DNA from: Macrostomum lignano
Lineage: Eukaryota
Assembly: GCA_002269645.1 (NCBI GenBank)
Contig: NIVC01004890.1
Coordinates: 1 to 32,151 of the forward strand
DNA length: 32,151 nt
Direction: 5' to 3'
Shown here in pieces: positions 31,101-32,151 of this stretch. Positions within the stretch are counted from its first letter, which is position 1. Each line of letters starts with the position of its first letter. The notes beneath the pieces are model-generated. The model worked only from the letters and a program-made list of their open reading frames with translations, was not told where the DNA came from and searched no databases. The position numbers were made by a program, and so were the translations under genes.

Positions 31101-31724
31101 GACCTTTCGTGTTTAAGTGTAATTTCGTTTGGTGTCATTTTAAGTCTTCCAGAAAACACACTTAAATTCATGTCGTAATTTCTACCAAATGCTTAAACCA
31201 AGCTTGAAATTGCTTATATTATAAAATGTTGCTAAGTATTGATTAATCTCTTCACGATCATCTCCGGTTTTATTATAAAAATATTGTACCCTCGCATTAG
31301 TAATTTCAACACATATCCGTTTGAAAGCTGGGTTTCAATAAAATCTAGACATTCTGCATTGGTTCAAATCGATAAACCCTAATAAACTCATCTAATGGTT
31401 TTTCATCCGATTTATTCGAGGTTTCCGACGTGTGGGTTTCTTTTGGTTTTTTTCTAATTCTGCTATTCTTTTTTCATATTCAGCCTTTTCTATTAATCGC
31501 TTCATTTCATATTCTGCCCTTATATTATTTGCTAATGCATTTATTTGTTGGTCTTGTATTTCTCTTTCTCTCTGCCTTTCTCTCTGTCTTTCTCTTGCTC
31601 TTTGGCGGCGTTGTTGTCTTTGGCGCTGTTCAATTTGTTCAATCTGTCTTTGTAATCGATTGAACTGTTGGCGCTCATTTGCAAGAAGTTGTCGAATCTG
31701 ATCTGGGGTCAATCTTTGTTCCAT
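28143..31724 (-). pseudogene. Protein-primed family B DNA polymerase (pPolB) with N-terminal OTU-like protease region; at least 8 apparent frameshifts or stops
   Basis: ExoI YIFDFET, ExoII AHN.SRFDSY (frameshifted), ExoIII YLQFDLISL, PolA NFDGVSLYPSAM, PolB KTLLNSLYGK, PolC YGDTDSLY. OTU-like IPSDGNCFYKC and HWHYCLI. In-frame TAA at 31193-31195. Assignment of 31392-31724 as the N-terminus is tentative. Confidence 0.9.
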
Positions 31725-31802
31725 TTTATAGAATATAATTTATATAATGTTTGAATTATTGGTTTTTTAATTTTATTTTTTATCCTGACCCACCCCAGGA
31801 GC

Positions 31803-32151
31803 CTATTCGAGATCTGCTTTTGGTAATAGCAATCCATTGCCATAACGTTTGAATTTAAGAAAATTCCTGAACCTGCTTTTGGTCTCATTTCGAGATATAA
31901 TCCGCTTCCATCATGTTTTTCAATTATGTTAAAATCTTTTCCTAATTTAGTAAAAATCTTCTGAACTGCTGGTCTAAAATTGGATCCAATATTGTCAAAA
32001 AATCCTTTAGCTTTCTCACCCGTTTTTTCTAAAGTTTGACCAAATTCTGTAGTTTATCTGCTACAACTCCACTTCCTTGGGTTGTTCCTTGTAAAAGTAA
32101 ACCATTGCCATGATTTGATCCTTTTAGTATTAACCCTTTTCCAGCTGATAA
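31803..32151 (-). pseudogene. 3' part of a frameshifted ORF with repeated GxG(L/I)xL motifs (candidate core protein)
   Basis: AGKGLIL, HGNG, QGSGV, DGSGLYL, AGSGIFL and YGNGLLL across frames. Confidence 0.45.

Larger units (their letters stand above)
16330..32151. mobile_element. Polinton/Maverick (adintovirus-like endogenous virus), left end plus >=15.8 kb; right end outside the window
   Basis: Terminal AGTAGT, a shift to AT-rich intron-poor gene-dense sequence, and the hallmark genes INT, MCP, minor capsid, ATPase, protease and pPolB. Confidence 0.97.

Noticed and set aside
28143-31724. Further group I introns or inteins explaining the pPolB breaks
   Set aside because: The breaks are 1-2-nt frame changes or a point stop with continuous protein motifs on either side. 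I found no GC-rich insert or P/Q/R/S motifs.

Overview
Animal (metazoan) nuclear DNA in two parts. Host part, 1-16329: the 3' end of a decayed MULE transposase, two hAT-type MITEs with 8-bp TSDs, AG-rich and mini/microsatellite tracts, an intronless 2OG-Fe(II) oxygenase, and a 6-exon nuclear receptor gene with an atypical P-box. From 16330 to the window end is the left part (>=15.8 kb) of an AT-rich Polinton/Maverick (adintovirus-like endogenous virus). It starts with AGTAGT and is inserted in a 32-bp minisatellite. It encodes a PLA2-integrase, HNH nuclease, major and minor capsid proteins, packaging ATPase, adenain-like protease, a fibre-like protein and a heavily disrupted protein-primed PolB. 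Main finding: a 333-nt GC-richer segment (18413-18745, minus strand) folds by hand into a complete IC1-like group I ribozyme (P1/IGS, P3-P9, P5abc). It splits the conserved NFTG|PGT loop of the viral phospholipase A2 domain, and removing it restores a 424-aa PLA2-integrase fusion ORF. The intron has no ORF of its own, but a free-standing HNH endonuclease gene ends about 106 nt from the splice site, which resembles phage collaborative homing. The intron appears to end in A rather than the near-universal G. A 28-nt double-hairpin element occurs three times in the Polinton, once inside the intron. All structures and alignments were derived by eye and need computational confirmation.
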